Under the pieces are notes generated by a model. It was not told where the DNA came from and did no database searches. It saw only the letters and a program-made list of their open reading frames with translations. 64,000 bases of DNA, taken from NCBI RefSeq assembly GCF_009914755.1, contig NC_060945.1; one strand, given 5' to 3'. The stretch is from the human T2T-CHM13v2.0 reference genome, Homo sapiens. Below, piece after piece: positions 17,624 to 36,620 of this stretch (the first letter of the stretch is position 1; every line of letters starts with the position of its first letter). Both the position numbers and the translations under genes were made by a program.

Positions 17624-19514
17624 TGAGCCACCGCACCTGGCTGAATCTCTTTTTGATACTTGGATAAGTCCAAGCTTCAGCATTAGAATATCATATCTGG
17701 TAGTGTTGCCTTTATTTGAGCCAATGTTTTTTGAGGTGAGGCTGTTTCCTAGGCAATGTGAGTGATGTTCATTTGGAAAACAGGAATGTCCCTGGGTCTT
17801 GAGTAAAGTGGGTTCTGGAGCTTCCTTTGCCTAGATGCCCCTATGCTACCTGGGGGAATGAGTTAGGAGGCATGTATGGATGTGCCCAGGTCCCTGGGTG
17901 TTGGACTGGACTGTGCTGGGAGGAATGGTGCCCTCCCCACTGCGTGAACTGGGAGGCCCAGGCAGGGTGGAGGCTCCCCCAAGCCAGGGGAGGTCATGGG
18001 ACTGTGAGTTGGGGGTGCAGCCCATTGACAGATGAGAAGAAACTGCCACTCAGTGGACACCCCCCAAGTGCCTTGGGGATGTTGAAAAGCTCTGTGGATT
18101 GGTGCTTGTCTAGCACAACCAGAGGAGCCACCCCAGTTCCTGCCAGGGGCTCCCCACCTCCCACACAGAGAGTCCAGCCACCTGGGGATCTACCACTAAT
18201 GCCAGAACAGAGGAAAAGGAGGGGATTTGACAGACTCTCCTACTGCAGACCCCAAGAGAATCGCCTGGGACTGGATGTAATGCAACTTGCAGTCCACTCA
18301 TGGTCCTCTGCATTGCACGATCACCATGGTTCCAGATACTAGATGCTGTGTTCAGTGATTGACCGGGCATTCTCTGTCGCTGCCACTAAAACATAAGCTC
18401 CACAAGCTCAGAGTTTTTATCTGTTGTTCTCAGAACAGTGCCTAGCACAGAGTAGATGCTCAGTAAGTAAATATGTGCTAAATACATGAAAGAAGCGAGG
18501 GAGGGAAGGAGGGAGGAAGGGAGAGAAGGCACCATATTCCAGACCACCGCGTCCTTTCTGAACATGCTCCACCGCCCCTAGGCTGTCTGTGTTCTTGCCC
18601 TCATCCACAAAGGTACCCACATGAATTCGTGTTTGCTTTGCTTGGATCTGTTTTGTATGGATACACTAGAAGTCACACACTATGATGTTTGAGGTTTCCA
18701 AGATAAAAAGAAAGTTCACAGTGACAATAGTTTAAGATTCTGCAAAAGAAAGGACATTACATTAACGATGTATTTAACACTCACAAAATGTAGCATAATC
18801 TCTACATAATGGCTTACGCCCAGTGCCCATGACTGTACTGGGAAGTCACTATACCCGGGAGCTGGCCAAGGAAGGCTGAAGCTTGAGGGCTGCTGACAGT
18901 GAATGTGAGGCATTCGGCATCTCCTCTTATCACTGGTCAAGACGTGTTCAGGGCTTTGCAAAGTCAAGACTGTACCTGTAGAGAATGTCCTGAAACTATA
19001 GGCAACCTGATTTTCATACAATCTGGAAACACAGGAGAAGCAAAAGGTTCCTTCCTCTCCTGTCCTGTGTGTGGTTTCTACACACTTCTCAGAAAGGGTG
19101 AAATAATGCTGCCTTCTGGCCGTTTTGCTGGTGCTTAAAAATTGAGGAGTTTCAGGATATGAATTTTGGCCATTTCTGTATTGTAAGATTATGGAGGAAT
19201 TGTTTTTTCTTCTTTATACTTTTCTGTATTTTATAGTTCCTTGACAATGAACAAGTACTACTTTTTGTTTTATTTTTTCCTGAGACGGAGTCTCGCTCTG
19301 TCACCCAGGCTGGAGTGCAGTGGCGCCATCTTGGCTCACTGCAACCTCCACCCTAGGTTCAAGTGATTCTCCTGTCTCAGCTTCCTGAGTAACTGGGATT
19401 ACAGGTGTGTGCCACCATGCCCAGCTAATTTTTGTATTTTTAGTAGAGACGGGGTTTCACTGTGTTGGCCAGGCTGGTCTTGAGCTCCTGACCTCAAGTG
19501 ATCTGCCCACCTCA

Positions 19515-19715
<201 letters not shown>

Positions 19716-20062
19716 CTACGACTCCATCTTTAAAAGAATTTTTTTTTAAATTAGCTCATGTGGCGGCACGTATTCGTAGTCCCAGCTACTCACGAGGCTG
19801 AGACAGGAGGATGGCTTGACCCCAGGAGTTCCAGGCTGCGGTGAAATATGATTGTGCCACTGCACTCTGGCCTGGGCAACAGAGATCCTGTCTTTAAAAG
19901 CAAAAACAAACAAACAAACAAAAAACTTGTGTATTTAAGTTTACAAGTTCCAACTCAATTAAAATTTCATTTTAAGTTAGTCCATATACTAAGGGCCCCC
20001 ACAGAGGTACAAATCCTAACAAAAGCAAAAATAGCCATTGTCCATAGCAGAAGTCAGACTGA

Positions 20063-20419
<357 letters not shown>

Positions 20420-21084
20420 TAGACCACACACCAGCTTGCCCTGGAAGCTTTAGTCCTGGCATGAGCCTCTGCGAGGGGAATGTGTTCCCAGAAAGAACTG
20501 CTTGTGGAGAGGAAGGAGTTAAATAAAGAACCCTGCTGTCCCAGTAACCTCTCCCTCCCTCCTGTAGAACTAACTGTCCACACTGCCCAGGCCAGGTCCC
20601 CACTGTTACCTTTTCACAACCAGAAAATTGTAGTCTTGTCCATAAATGGATTTGGATAGATTATTCAAGAAGCGCAGCAACTCCCTTCCACCCTCACTTG
20701 CCCTGAATCCCAGCCCCGGAAAGCAATTTTAATCTCTCTACCTCCTCCTTAGCTGAAGGCAGGCTTTGCCTAAGCTAATTGAACACTACACTGAATTTAA
20801 CAAGAAAAGGACAAGAACCAGCCCCAGGAAATGTAGCCCTATAAGGGCCACAGGCCGGCAGATTTTGAGAGGAGGGGAATGCTGGCGTGGTGGCAGCCTA
20901 GGGCTGCCAGGCTCTGGGTGTGTGTTGGGAGGGGGGGTTGGGGGTGTGTGTGTGTGTGTGTGTGTGTGTATGCACACGCACTCACGCTGGGCAGGGGTGA
21001 AGGGGACAGGCCAAAATGGAAGTGGGGCAAAGAGTCCAAGGTCCAGACGCTGAGAGCTGCCACCTATCTGTCCAGTGTCATTCT

Positions 21085-22436
<1,352 letters not shown>

Positions 22437-24384
22437 AGCTTCCAAGAACTGGGGGCCCGGCCAGACCTCCATGGGGTGCACTGGCAAAAGAGACTGGCCC
22501 ACCCATCTCTGAGCTGGGCATCCTCAGCCTGGTTCCCTGCATCTTGAGAGTCCTACATGGAAGGGTGAAGTCCCTTAGTGTGGCCCCAGCATTTCAAAAC
22601 CCCTTGGAAGCCACCCATGTGCTCCCAGGCAGGCTTCCTAAGAAAGTGAAAACATCGAGTTTCTTCATTTGTGGCTAGTATTGCACCCCTTCAGTGTGGC
22701 AATGTGGTTCTGTCACCAGAAACGCTGACTGGCAACTTCTGTATGGTTGCAAAACCGGGACTGGATTCACTGAGACTGATTCCTACGGTGTGGTTCTGCT
22801 GTGGCAAGGCAAGCACAGGTGTTTTTTTTTTTTTTTTGAAACGGAGTCTTGCTTTGTCGCCCAGGCTGGACTGCAGTGGCGCTATCTCGGCTCACTGCAA
22901 CCTCCGCCTCCCGGGTTCACGCCATTCTCCTGCCTCAGCCTCCTGAGTAGCTGGGACTACAGGCGCCCGCCACCGCGCCCGGCTAATTTTTTGTATTTTT
23001 AGTACAGACGGGGTTTCACCGTGTTAGCCAAGATGGTCTCGATCTCCTGACCTCGTGATCAGCCCGCCTGGGCCTCCCAAAGTGCTGGGATTACAGGCGT
23101 GAGCCACCTTGCCCGGCCCAGCACAGGTGTTTTTGAGATAGTGACTGTTGCTATTTCCTTAACAATCTACATAAAATGAGCACCCATCAGGCAGAAGCCG
23201 GTGACATCTTCACTTCTGTTTCTCACATCTCTGTTTTATGGGCTCTTTTAAAAAAATTATGTATTTATTTATTTAATTTATGTATTTTGAGACAGAGTCT
23301 CGCTCTGTTGCTCAGGCTGGAGTGCAGTGGCATGATTCTGCAACCTCTGCCTCACGGCTTCAAGCAATCCTCCCACAGCCTCCCGAGTAGCTAGGATTAC
23401 AGGCATGGACCACCACACCCGACTAATTTTTGTACTTTTAATAGAGACAGAGTTTCACCGTGTTAGCCAGCTGGTCTCAAACTCGTGAGATCCACTGCCT
23501 CGGCCCTCCAAAGTGCTGGGATTACAGGTGTGAGCCACTGCGCTCGGCCTATGGGCTCTTTTTTTACATATTGGCATAGCCAAAGACCAAGCCCTTCCCA
23601 AGACACGTATACACATGCATACACACACACACACACGAGGAAGTCATGCTCTTGAAGGTGAACAAACTCAGAGAATACAAGATTTACAAGAGGTTCAAGT
23701 ACACACTTTCCAAACCCGAAAAGTAACAGTAATCAAATCAAAATACATGTTTGGAAAAAAGATTCAAATGTATTTTTTGAAAGCAAAGAGAGTCACAATA
23801 AACAAGGTAAAGAGTATCTGAAAGGGTATTCATATGTATGTTTGCAAAGAAAGAGAGTAAGAATAACAACTGTTTTTCACTTTCAGAATATGTGACATTA
23901 GATTCTTTGGGTTATATGGAACTGATGTCCCTCATGAAAAATTGTCAAGGAGTTGGGGGTGTGTAGGGAGCTCCAGGTGATTCTTTCAGGTGAAATCGTG
24001 CATGATTCTGGGTCCAGTGAAGGTGTATAGCGGAAGGAGGCTCCCACAGAAGGTGGGGTTGACACAGGCTGGAAAGCATGGCTGCAAGGGAGGTTGGGAA
24101 TTTGAATTTTCTGGAAGCAGTAAATACTCACAAGACTGAAAATCCTCCCAGTACAGCAAGAGCGTTCCAAAGATTCTGGACAGTCAGAAATCAAGATAAA
24201 TGGCCATTACCCTTACCTCATAGATGTGTTATGAGGGTTGGCAGAGCGATATATACAGCACAGGGCAGGAGGTCAATAAATGGTACCTCTTCTTATTAGA
24301 GGATATGGGCATAGCTCCCAGTTTGCCCACAGCCTTGTAGTGACTCATCAGATGCCCCATGGGCCTCCTCCTGGCTGTGGCTTA

Positions 24385-24880
24385 CAGAAGGGGTCCCCAA
24401 CCACTGCTCATGAACAGGGTTGAGCTACAAGCAAAGCTTCATCTGTGTTTACAGCCGCTCCCCATTGCTCGCCCCTGAGCTCTGCCTCCTGTCAGATCAG
24501 CAGAGGCACTAGCTTCTCATAGGAGCGTGAACCCTATTGTGAACTGCACACGCAGGGGATCTAGGTCACACACTCCTCATTAGAATCTAGTGACAGATGA
24601 TCTGTCACTGTCTCCCATCACCCCCAGAAGGGACCGCCTAGTTCCAGGAAAACAAGCTCAGGGCTCCCACTGATTCTACATTATGGTGAGTTGTATAATT
24701 ATTTCATTATATATTATAAAGTAATAATTATAGAAATAAAGTGCACAATAAATGGAATGTGTTTGAATCATCCCGAAACCATTCCTCTCTGCTCCCCCGC
24801 CCCCCACCCCCCGCCTGGTCCTTGGAAAAATTGTCTTCCACGAAACTGGTCCCTGGTGCCAAAAAGGTTGTGGACCACTG
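24385..24880. mobile_element. MER1A (hAT-Charlie)
   Basis: ggggtccccaacc start and aaaaaggttgtggaccactg end; typical internal sequence. Confidence 0.85.
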
Positions 24881-25655
24881 CCTTCCAGCAGCTGCTACCT
24901 AGCATGAGCCCTTGGTTAATAAACTGCTCCTACTCATGCCCAAGCTGCCAGGTTTTTCCTGGAAGTCTGCAGGATCCCAGAGTGCAAAATTATTATTATT
25001 ATTATTGAGACAGAGTCTTGCTCTATCACCCAGGCTAAAGTACAGCGGAGCGACCATAGCTCACTGCAGCTTTGAACTCTTCGGCTCAAGCAATCCTCCC
25101 ATATCAGCCTCCTGAGCAGCTGGGATTATAGGCATAGGCCACCATTCCCAGCTAATTTTTATTTTTAAAAATTTTTTGTAGAGACGAGGTCTTGCTGTGT
25201 TGCCCAGGCTGGTCTCCAACTCCTGGGCTTAAGGGATTCTTCCTGCCTCAGCCTCTCAAAGCACTGGGATTACAGGAGTGAGCCACCGCACCCAGTCGGC
25301 GAGCAAATTTAAACACACAGAAAAAATGATAGGCTCTTAATCCTTCCAGGAAATGGGGATTGGTTTGAGTTTTTCTGAATTACAAAACCCAAGAGGATTC
25401 GTTACACAAGTCCTGTCCTGAGAACTCATGAAAAAAAAAATCTCAGGCCTGGGCCTTCTAGTTATTACTGGCAGCTTCCCAGGCCCTGGGCTGTGGCCCT
25501 GGGGTTGTGGGTGCTTTTCCTACATACCAAAGTCAGGAATATTAAAGCTTCGTATACTTAAAAAGTGTAGGAGTCTCCTGTTTTTCAAGGAGTTAAAAAG
25601 GAACTGGAAGATTTTCTTTTCTCTGCCTGTTGTCTCTTCTCCCTGACAAATTTCA

Positions 25656-25961
<306 letters not shown>

Positions 25962-26905
25962 TCAGGATATCATTCATTCCCTGTTTTCAGGAGGAATTAA
26001 ATATAGAATGCTGTATGTGTAATAGTTACTCTTGTGAGGGTCCCAGACAGGAGGCAAAAGACTAGAGAAGACTTGGCATTACTGGAATGATGTTTTATGA
26101 TGGCCCCACTGGGGAAGTAGAAATGCAACAAGTGTAGGCTGGTGAAAGGAGGGGGCTGTGGCCCATGACAAACAGCAAGAAAAACCCAGCCCATCACCGG
26201 AGACCTAAGGGAATTCATCCTTTCGCTAACATGCCAATTCCTCTGACCTTGATCCTGGAATTTCTTGAAACAAGGGGGCACCAAGTCACATATCAGGGCC
26301 CCACTTGGTAATGATCAAGGCCTACTTTGAGCTCGGACCTCTTACAGCTCTGTTGAATCCAGGGAAGACACTCACCTACCCACTCACAGGTGTCAGCGGC
26401 CCTGCCTTTGGCTATGTCAATCCCCACGGACACCAACGATGACACAAAATGGCAGCAAACAGTGGAAGATGGTAGTCAGAGAAGGCAACAGAGTTCTCAG
26501 GAAATGGAGTCCAGAAGTTGTAGAATTTGGACTGTGGGTATGGCAGGAGTGGGGGTTGGGGGAGGCGTTGTAGATGAAGGCAGGGAGAGGCGCAAACAGG
26601 TGGGGTGAACAGCAGAGGAAGAGGCAGACAAGTAGGGCACATGTGACCTTCACGAAGTACAATTTCAAAGACTCACTGATGGAATAGCCGGGTCATGGGG
26701 AGCTGTGGAGCGCTTGACTGGGCACAGAGCTGGGTCTCATTACGAGAAAACTGAACAGCATGATGAGAAGTTTGCTGTGAAATGCAGGGGGCTTTGGCAC
26801 TAGACAGGCCTGGCTAGGAGCCCACACTGCCACTCATTGGCTGTGTGATTTGGGGCATGCTCAGCCAGATTTTGATCCAACAAGCAAAACCATCATGTGA
26901 TGTGA

Positions 26906-26919
26906 TGTGTGTGTGTGTG

Positions 26920-26953
<34 letters not shown>
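26906..26953 (+). repeat. (TG)n microsatellite
   Basis: ~24 TG units with one TGCG interruption; shorter TG tracts at ~20945-20968 and ~47733-47755. Confidence 0.95.
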
Positions 26954-26954
<1 letters not shown>

Positions 26955-27362
26955 TGTTATATTACAGAGATTTGACCTCACATAAACATGAGAGATGTGT
27001 GCACAGTCCAGGAGAGACAATTTTCCCCTGTCCGGTGCTGGAGCCTGAAGTCCTCAGGGCAGGAGGCCGGGAAGAGAAGGTGGACAAGAGATGGAGGAAG
27101 CAGGGACAAGCTGAAATCTAAGGCTCAGCTGCCACCCTCCTCACCCTGCTCTCCATCTCCACACCTCCAGCTTACACGACCACATGAGATCCACGGGGAG
27201 CTGGAGGAGCCTGGAGCCTGTCTGCATCCCTGCCATCTAGGACATCAGCAGAGAAGCCACAGGTCGGGAGCTGCAAAGATGGATGCCTTGTGCCCTGCCC
27301 CAGCCTCCCAAGGGTAAAGGAATATGGCTGCACCTTTCCTTCCATCTTCCAAGTCTCGCACA

Positions 27363-28090
<728 letters not shown>

Positions 28091-28521
28091 CACACAAACA
28101 TCCTTCCCTGCCCATGTTACCTCAGAACTTTTCAGGGAGGGGAATTCTAGGAAATGCAGTTACAGTTTAGCAGACCTACTGCAGTGCAAACCCACCACAG
28201 GCCAAGTCACTGAACTCTGCTAGTGTCCCCATGGGACAGCCATCGCCTGCCTAACTGGGAGGTCTGAGTGTTATAATACCTAGAGAAGCACCACTGGCCA
28301 GCAAAAAATGTTGGCTTCTTTCTGCCATCCCCCACCCACTCTCCTGAGGGAGGTGAGAGGAGTCCCTCTAGGCTATTAGAAATGCTTCAGGAAGATCAAC
28401 TGATTACAAGGTAAGGAATTAATGGAAAGGGATGGTGCAGATTCAGGGTTTGTAGGGCTGAAGTGTATATAATAGATGGAGCCCTCTTTATAAACAAATA
28501 CACAACTCACTATAAAATTAG

Positions 28522-28857
<336 letters not shown>

Positions 28858-28860
28858 TAG

Positions 28861-29103
<243 letters not shown>

Positions 29104-29179
29104 TGATCTCAGGTGATCCACCTGGCTCAGCCTCCCAAAGCGCTGGGATTAGAGGCGTGAGCCACCGCACCCAGCCATC

Positions 29180-30121
<942 letters not shown>

Positions 30122-30179
30122 TTAGAATGTTGGCATCTTTCACCCAGTCGTTTTCTTGTAATTTTATTTATTTGTTTGA

Positions 30180-30407
<228 letters not shown>

Positions 30408-31573
30408 TGACTAATTTTTGTATTTTTAGTAGAGACGGGTTTCAGCCATATTGGCCAGGCTGGTCTCCAACTCCTGGCCTCATGTGATCCGCCCACCTCG
30501 GCCTCCTAAAGTGCTGAGATTACAGGCGTGAGCCACCGCGCCTGGCATCAGTGCATACTTTTTGAAGTGATTCCAAGTTATCGCCCGCTTTTTTCGTGTA
30601 ACATATAAATACATCTCTGTATCTAGAAATATCCAATGCATAATTCAATTGTCTGCGAGGTATTTCATCACGTATTTTCACGAGCGTGGCCAATTTCAAA
30701 ATAGTTCTACAAAGAGGAAATGCAAGAATGTGGGAAGAGCAAAAGAAAAGCTCTATGTTGCAAAACCCATTTTTGCTAACGTGTCCAGTGGGCTCCCGGG
30801 ACGACCTGTTTTTAAATTCTTGGTCTCCCTGCACCGCGTCCCTCCTTTGCTGCGCTAGCTTTATGACGCATCTTGGAAGAACAGGGCAGATTTAAAACCC
30901 TCTCCCAACAGGCGTCAAACGACATGGTGCAGGCTCGGGCTGGGGAGCGGGCCTGCGGCTGCCCAGCTGCTAAAGGACTTCCTACTCGTGCACCGCCGCC
31001 GGCTCCAGGGCAAACCCCACGCCATTTAGAAATGCTGGAAGTTTCTGTCTCTCCCTCCCCCTGCTCGGAGGCCATTCCCCCCACCCCCAGAGCCCCACCT
31101 CCTCCTTCACTGGGCCCTTTCTAACTCCTTCCCCTTAAAACCCTTTTCAAAATGGGGTTGACTGGAGGCGGAGGTTGCAGTGAGCCGAGATCGCCCCACT
31201 GCACTCCAGCCTGGTGACTCCGTCTCAAAAAAAAGGGGAGGGGGGCGGGGGAGAGTTGAAAGCTTAATATGTACTTTGGGGGCTATTAAAGCAAACATTT
31301 CGACTAAAGGGGCGAATCCTCGAATTGTGCGATCAAGCACCCGAGAGGAGAGTTGGGGGGGGTCAGGAGGGGTGGGGGCTCCAGGGAAAGCCCGGGGGTC
31401 TGGGCCGGGGTCTCGCGGGGCCCTTCCGGAAGGATCGCGGCCCCCGAAGGTGGGCGTCCCGCGGGGCTCCAGTCTCCAGGACGTTCCGGGAGGCTCCGCG
31501 CTCTGGGAGGCCGGCTGCGTGGGGTCCCCGCGCTGCAGCCGCAGAGGCCCCCCAGGGCCGCGGTTCCCGGAGC

Positions 31574-31584
31574 GGGAAAGTCCC
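31574..31584 (-). promoter_or_regulatory. Canonical NF-kB site
   Basis: GGGAAAGTCCC on + = GGGACTTTCCC on -, the classic kB decamer, ~230 nt upstream of the ATG. Confidence 0.7.
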
Positions 31585-31715
31585 GCGCGGGGGCGGTGGC
31601 CTCGGGGGCGGGACGGGGCGGGGGCGGGGGCGCGGGCGGCCGAGCCGAATCCCCTCCACCGGGACGCCCCGCTGCTGCTCGGGAAGAGGCGGGCCCTGCG
31701 CGCCCTGCGCTCGCC

Positions 31716-31739
31716 ATGGCGGTTTGGGCGGCGACGTGA
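31716..31739 (+). other. Upstream ORF (MAVWAAT*)
   Basis: GCCATGG strong Kozak context at 31716; TGA ends 31739, 65 nt before the main ATG. Confidence 0.65.
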
Positions 31740-31804
31740 GCGGCTCCGCGGACCCCGAGCGGGGCCCCGGCCGCGACCTGAGCCGCCGCCGAGCGCCCGG
31801 GGCC

Positions 31805-31877
31805 ATGCGACCGACGCTGCTGTGGTCGCTGCTGCTGCTGCTCGGAGTCTTCGCCGCCGCCGCCGCGGCCCCGCCAG
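31805..31877 (+). CDS. IFNGR2: IFNGR2 coding exon 1 (signal peptide MRPTLLWSLLLLLGVFAAAAAAPP)
   Basis: ATG at 31805 (GCCATGC); translation matches the IFNGR2 N-terminus; donor CAG|GTGAGC after 31877; 73 nt, phase 1. Confidence 0.98.
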
Positions 31878-32331
31878 GTGAGCCGGGCCTGGGCCTCCGC
31901 GGCGGGACGCGGGCGCAGCCGCAGCATGTGGGGGCTGGGGGACTCCCGGATCGTGGGGTGGGGGGAATCTGCCGGGTGCTCAGAGTGGGTGGGAATCTGC
32001 GGGGTGCTCCTGGTGGGTGGGATATGCGGAGTGCTCAGATCAGGTGGGAACCTGCGGGTGCCCCAGGTGGGGGTCTTGCGGGGTGCCCAGGGCTAGAGGG
32101 GCCCGCTGGGAGCCCGCAGCGGGGCTGGGATGGGCGGCCAGGAGTTCCAGACAGGAGCTGGGCAGCAGCAGGAAGACGGGGGGCACCCCTCCTGGCGTCC
32201 TGGCCGCCGGGACACCCCTCTCCGGGAGAGGACACTCGGTGCCCCTCCGTGAAGCCGGTAACCTCGGCTGCGCCACCTCCCCCACCCGCGCGCCCGCGCC
32301 GGGAAAGCCAGCGTGGCCCCAGTCTCCGAAT

Positions 32332-32340
32332 TTCTCGGAA
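32332..32340. promoter_or_regulatory. GAS (STAT) consensus element in intron 1
   Basis: TTCTCGGAA matches TTCN3GAA, inside the CpG island. Confidence 0.4.
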
Positions 32341-34803
32341 TGAACAACAGCAAATTGAATCCAGGGCTCCGGCGGGGGCCGCCTTTGCTGGCCACTGGTT
32401 CTGCAGCCTGGCGAGACTGCGCTTAGTCCCCGCCTGGAGTGCCTCCCGAAGGCCTGGCTGGAAGCTAGACTCAGTCCCTTTGTAGTAGCAGCGGTGGAGC
32501 AGGGACCAGCGTCTTGGACGGGTGACCCAGACTCAATTCCGACTTTGGCCGAGGGCATGTTTGACACTGGGTGTGAAATCTAGACAGTTCCCGCGGTCAT
32601 AGAGATGGGGCAGCAGCATTCAGGCAGGGCTCAGAACTGTCCGGGTCCCATCAGTGTTGGGGCGGAAGAGGAAGAGTGTCAACTGAGCCAGGCATTTATT
32701 TATTTTATTGTTGTTTGAGACAGGGTGTCGCTCTGTCGCCCAGGCTGGAGTGCAGTGGGCAGCATCTCAGCTACTGCAGCCTCCGCCTCCCGTGCTCAAG
32801 CGATCCTCCCACGTCAGCCTCCCAAGAAGGTGGTATTATTGGCCACGCCTGGCCAATTTTTGTATTTTTTGTAGAGAGGAGGTCTCACTGTGTTGCCCAG
32901 GCTGTTCTTGTACTCCTGAGCTCCAGCAATCCACCCGCCTTGGCCTCTGAAAGCGCTGGGATTACAGGCTTGAGGCACCGTGCCCAGCTGAGCCAGGCTT
33001 TTAAAACCGGTTCTGTCCCTACCCAGAGAGCTTCTTACCTGGCGGCCTCCTTAACCTCTGACACCAGCTGACCACGCTTATGAGCCAAACATAAAAACCA
33101 AAAGAAACCCAGGCTTGGTGGCTCACGCCTGTAATCCCAGCACTTTGGGAGGCTGAGGCAGCATCATGAGGTCAGGAGTTCGAGACCAGCTTGACCAACA
33201 TGGTGAAACCCCCGTCTGTGCTAAAAATACATAGCTGGGCGTGGTAGCGCCCGCCTGTAATCCCAACTACTCAGGAGGCCGAGGCGGGAGAATCACTTGA
33301 ACCCGAGAGCTGAGATCTCACCACTGCACTCCCGCCTGGGCGACAGAGCAAGACTCTGTCTCAGAAAAAAAAAAAAAAAAAAAAGAAAAAGAGGAAAAGA
33401 CCTTAATGACAAATGTGTGGCTAGAACATTCTTGTGTATGTATCTGCTTTTGTTTTGCTGGGTTCTTTCCCCTGGGGAGAGTGATATCATAGGAGTCTCG
33501 AGAATTTAGAAGATTCTTCCCATTCGAAGCTATAACCTTGTGTTGTGGGTTTGTTTTTTCTACCGGCATTCCTTGCAAAGGCCCATAAGTTCCGTATCTC
33601 CTTGATCTGGGGTGCCTTGCACTTGAGGAAATTATTAACTGCTTTTCCATGGGAGTCAGACAGATGGGTTCAAATCCTGACTCTGCTTCCACTTGGCTTC
33701 ACGTCTTGAGCAATCTGCATATGCCTCCTCCCTAGGCCTCCTCCTAATGAGAGTTGATGATTGTCCTAGTGTGGGATCAGCAGGCGAGTGACTTCATGCC
33801 AGAGAGGAGTGACTAGTGGTGATCTGTGGACTGTTTGTGACTTACCTGTGATGAGTCCAGAGGTTGAAAGATGTATTTAGAAACTATAGTCTGACATTGC
33901 CACAACATCCAGCTACCTGTCCATCTTGTTAATGATTAACTTTAATTGTATTCTACAAAAGTTTTGGTCTATGTGATATGTTGCAAAATAAAAAAATTTT
34001 AAAAAGTGAGGCCAGGCTCGGTGGCTCACACCTGTAATCCCAGCACTTTGGGAGGCTGAGGCGGGCGGATCACCTGAGGTCAGGAGTTCAAGACCAGGCT
34101 GGTCAACAATGATGAAACCCCGTCTCTACCAAAAATACAAAAATTAGGGGGCGTGATGGTACACACCTGTGTCCCAGCTACTCAGGAGGCTGAAGCCGAA
34201 GAATCACTTAAACTCAGGAGGCAGAGGTGCAGTAAGCTGAGATCACACCACTGCACTCCAGCCTGGGCGACAAGAGCAAGACTCTATCTCAAAAAAACAA
34301 AAACAAACAAATAAAAAAACTGGCTCCATTGATCCTTTGAAAAGTAGTAGCAGCTGGGCACGGTGGCTCATGCCTGTAATCCCATTACTTTGGGAGGCAG
34401 AGGTGAGCAGATCACCTGAGGTCAGAAGTTCCAGAGACCAGTGTGGCCAACATGTTAAAAACCCCTTCTTTACTAAAACTACGAAAATTACCCGGGCGTG
34501 GTGGTTGGCGCCTGTAATCCCAGCTACCTGGGAGGCTGAGGCAGGAGAATCACTTGAACCTGGGAGGGGAGGTTGCAGTGAGCCGAAATCATGCAACTGC
34601 ACTCCAGCCTGGGTGACAGAGCAAGACTCTGTCTCAAAAAAAGAAAAAAAAAGAAAAGAAAAGTAGTGTAGTGCTTTAAACTAATCTCTATTTTGCAACT
34701 ATTTGAACATTTTCACATTAAACAGCTTAAAAACAAACCTAATGGATATCTTCAAAAGAAACACTCTTTTAGTCAAAACACAAAGTGAAAATATTCACAA
34801 TGA

Positions 34804-35091
<288 letters not shown>

Positions 35092-35845
35092 TAGAGATGA
35101 GGTTTCACCGTGTTTCCCAGGCTGGTTTTGAACTCCTGGGGTCAAGAGATCCACCCGCCTCAGCCTCCCAAAGTGCTAGGATTATAGATGTGAACCACCC
35201 AGCCTGGCTCCGGAAACAGATTTTTTAAAGGGAGACATAGTATCTATCCCTTAGAGTTCTGTAAGAGTAGAATATGTAAAATATGGGACCTGTGGCAATT
35301 TGTAGCCATGAGCTGTTAAGTAGTGGCCGTTTGCGCTAGATAGAAAAATGTAACCAACAGCACAAGTGCAGTAAATCAACTGACCAGTTAGTTACCTGAG
35401 TGTTGAGGAATTAAGGCTTCTATTTGTAATTGTAGCAGGTGCTGCTGACTTTTTCAGGGGATTGGATATGTACTGTGCCACAGAATTTTTTATCATTATT
35501 TGCTGACTTGAACAGCCAGAGCTTCTCATATGCTTAGAGACCACCGAGAAAGACAGTAAGTCCCCAGCAACTTAAAAACCATTGCATGTGAATGTCCACT
35601 GGGTAAGCTCCTGAGTGTTCATAATCTCAGCAAGTGAAAATATCATGTAGCTGGAATGCTTTTGCCACCTTTATAAACGATCATGATAGTAACATTTATT
35701 GGTCAGACGAGATGCCAAGTGCTTTATATACATTACCTCTCTTAATTTTCTCAGCCATTCTTTCGAACTAGGTTATATCTCTAGTTTACTTCCTGGAAAG
35801 TCAAACCTTTCTTGATAGGAAGAGCCAAATAATCTAGGTCAATAA

Positions 35846-36064
<219 letters not shown>

Positions 36065-36419
36065 TAGGCTGGTCTCGAACTCCTGACCTCAAGTGATCCC
36101 CACCGCACCCCCCCCCGCCAACCCCCGCCAGCCTCAGCCTCCCAAAGTGTTGGGATTACAGGCATGAGCTACCATGCCTGGCCTAGTATTTCTTGAAGAG
36201 AACAATTTCCTGGTTATGGCTGAGGAATCAGAAAATGCCTTTTTATTTCTCATCTGCAAGGTGATGGAGGTGGGATCAATGATGTTCACCTAATTGACTT
36301 TCATCATAATGTCCCCGCCCCCAATAGAAAGATCCTAAAGGGTCAGTCCTTAATTATCAAGATTAAATGATTAATGTTAATTATATTTTATTTTATTATC
36401 TGTGTGTGATAAGTGTTAA

Positions 36420-36620
<201 letters not shown>

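Larger units (their letters stand above)
31380..32480. promoter_or_regulatory. IFNGR2: CpG island / IFNGR2 promoter with GC boxes
   Basis: Very high GC and CpG density around exon 1; repeated GGGGCGG boxes at ~31590-31636; no obvious TATA box. Confidence 0.93.

Noticed and set aside
31180-32567. Long overlapping ORFs (386, 233, 207, 175 aa) at the promoter
   Set aside because: Explained by stop-codon depletion in a CpG island; only 31805-31877 is IFNGR2 coding, and the 386-aa ORF reads through the exon 1 donor
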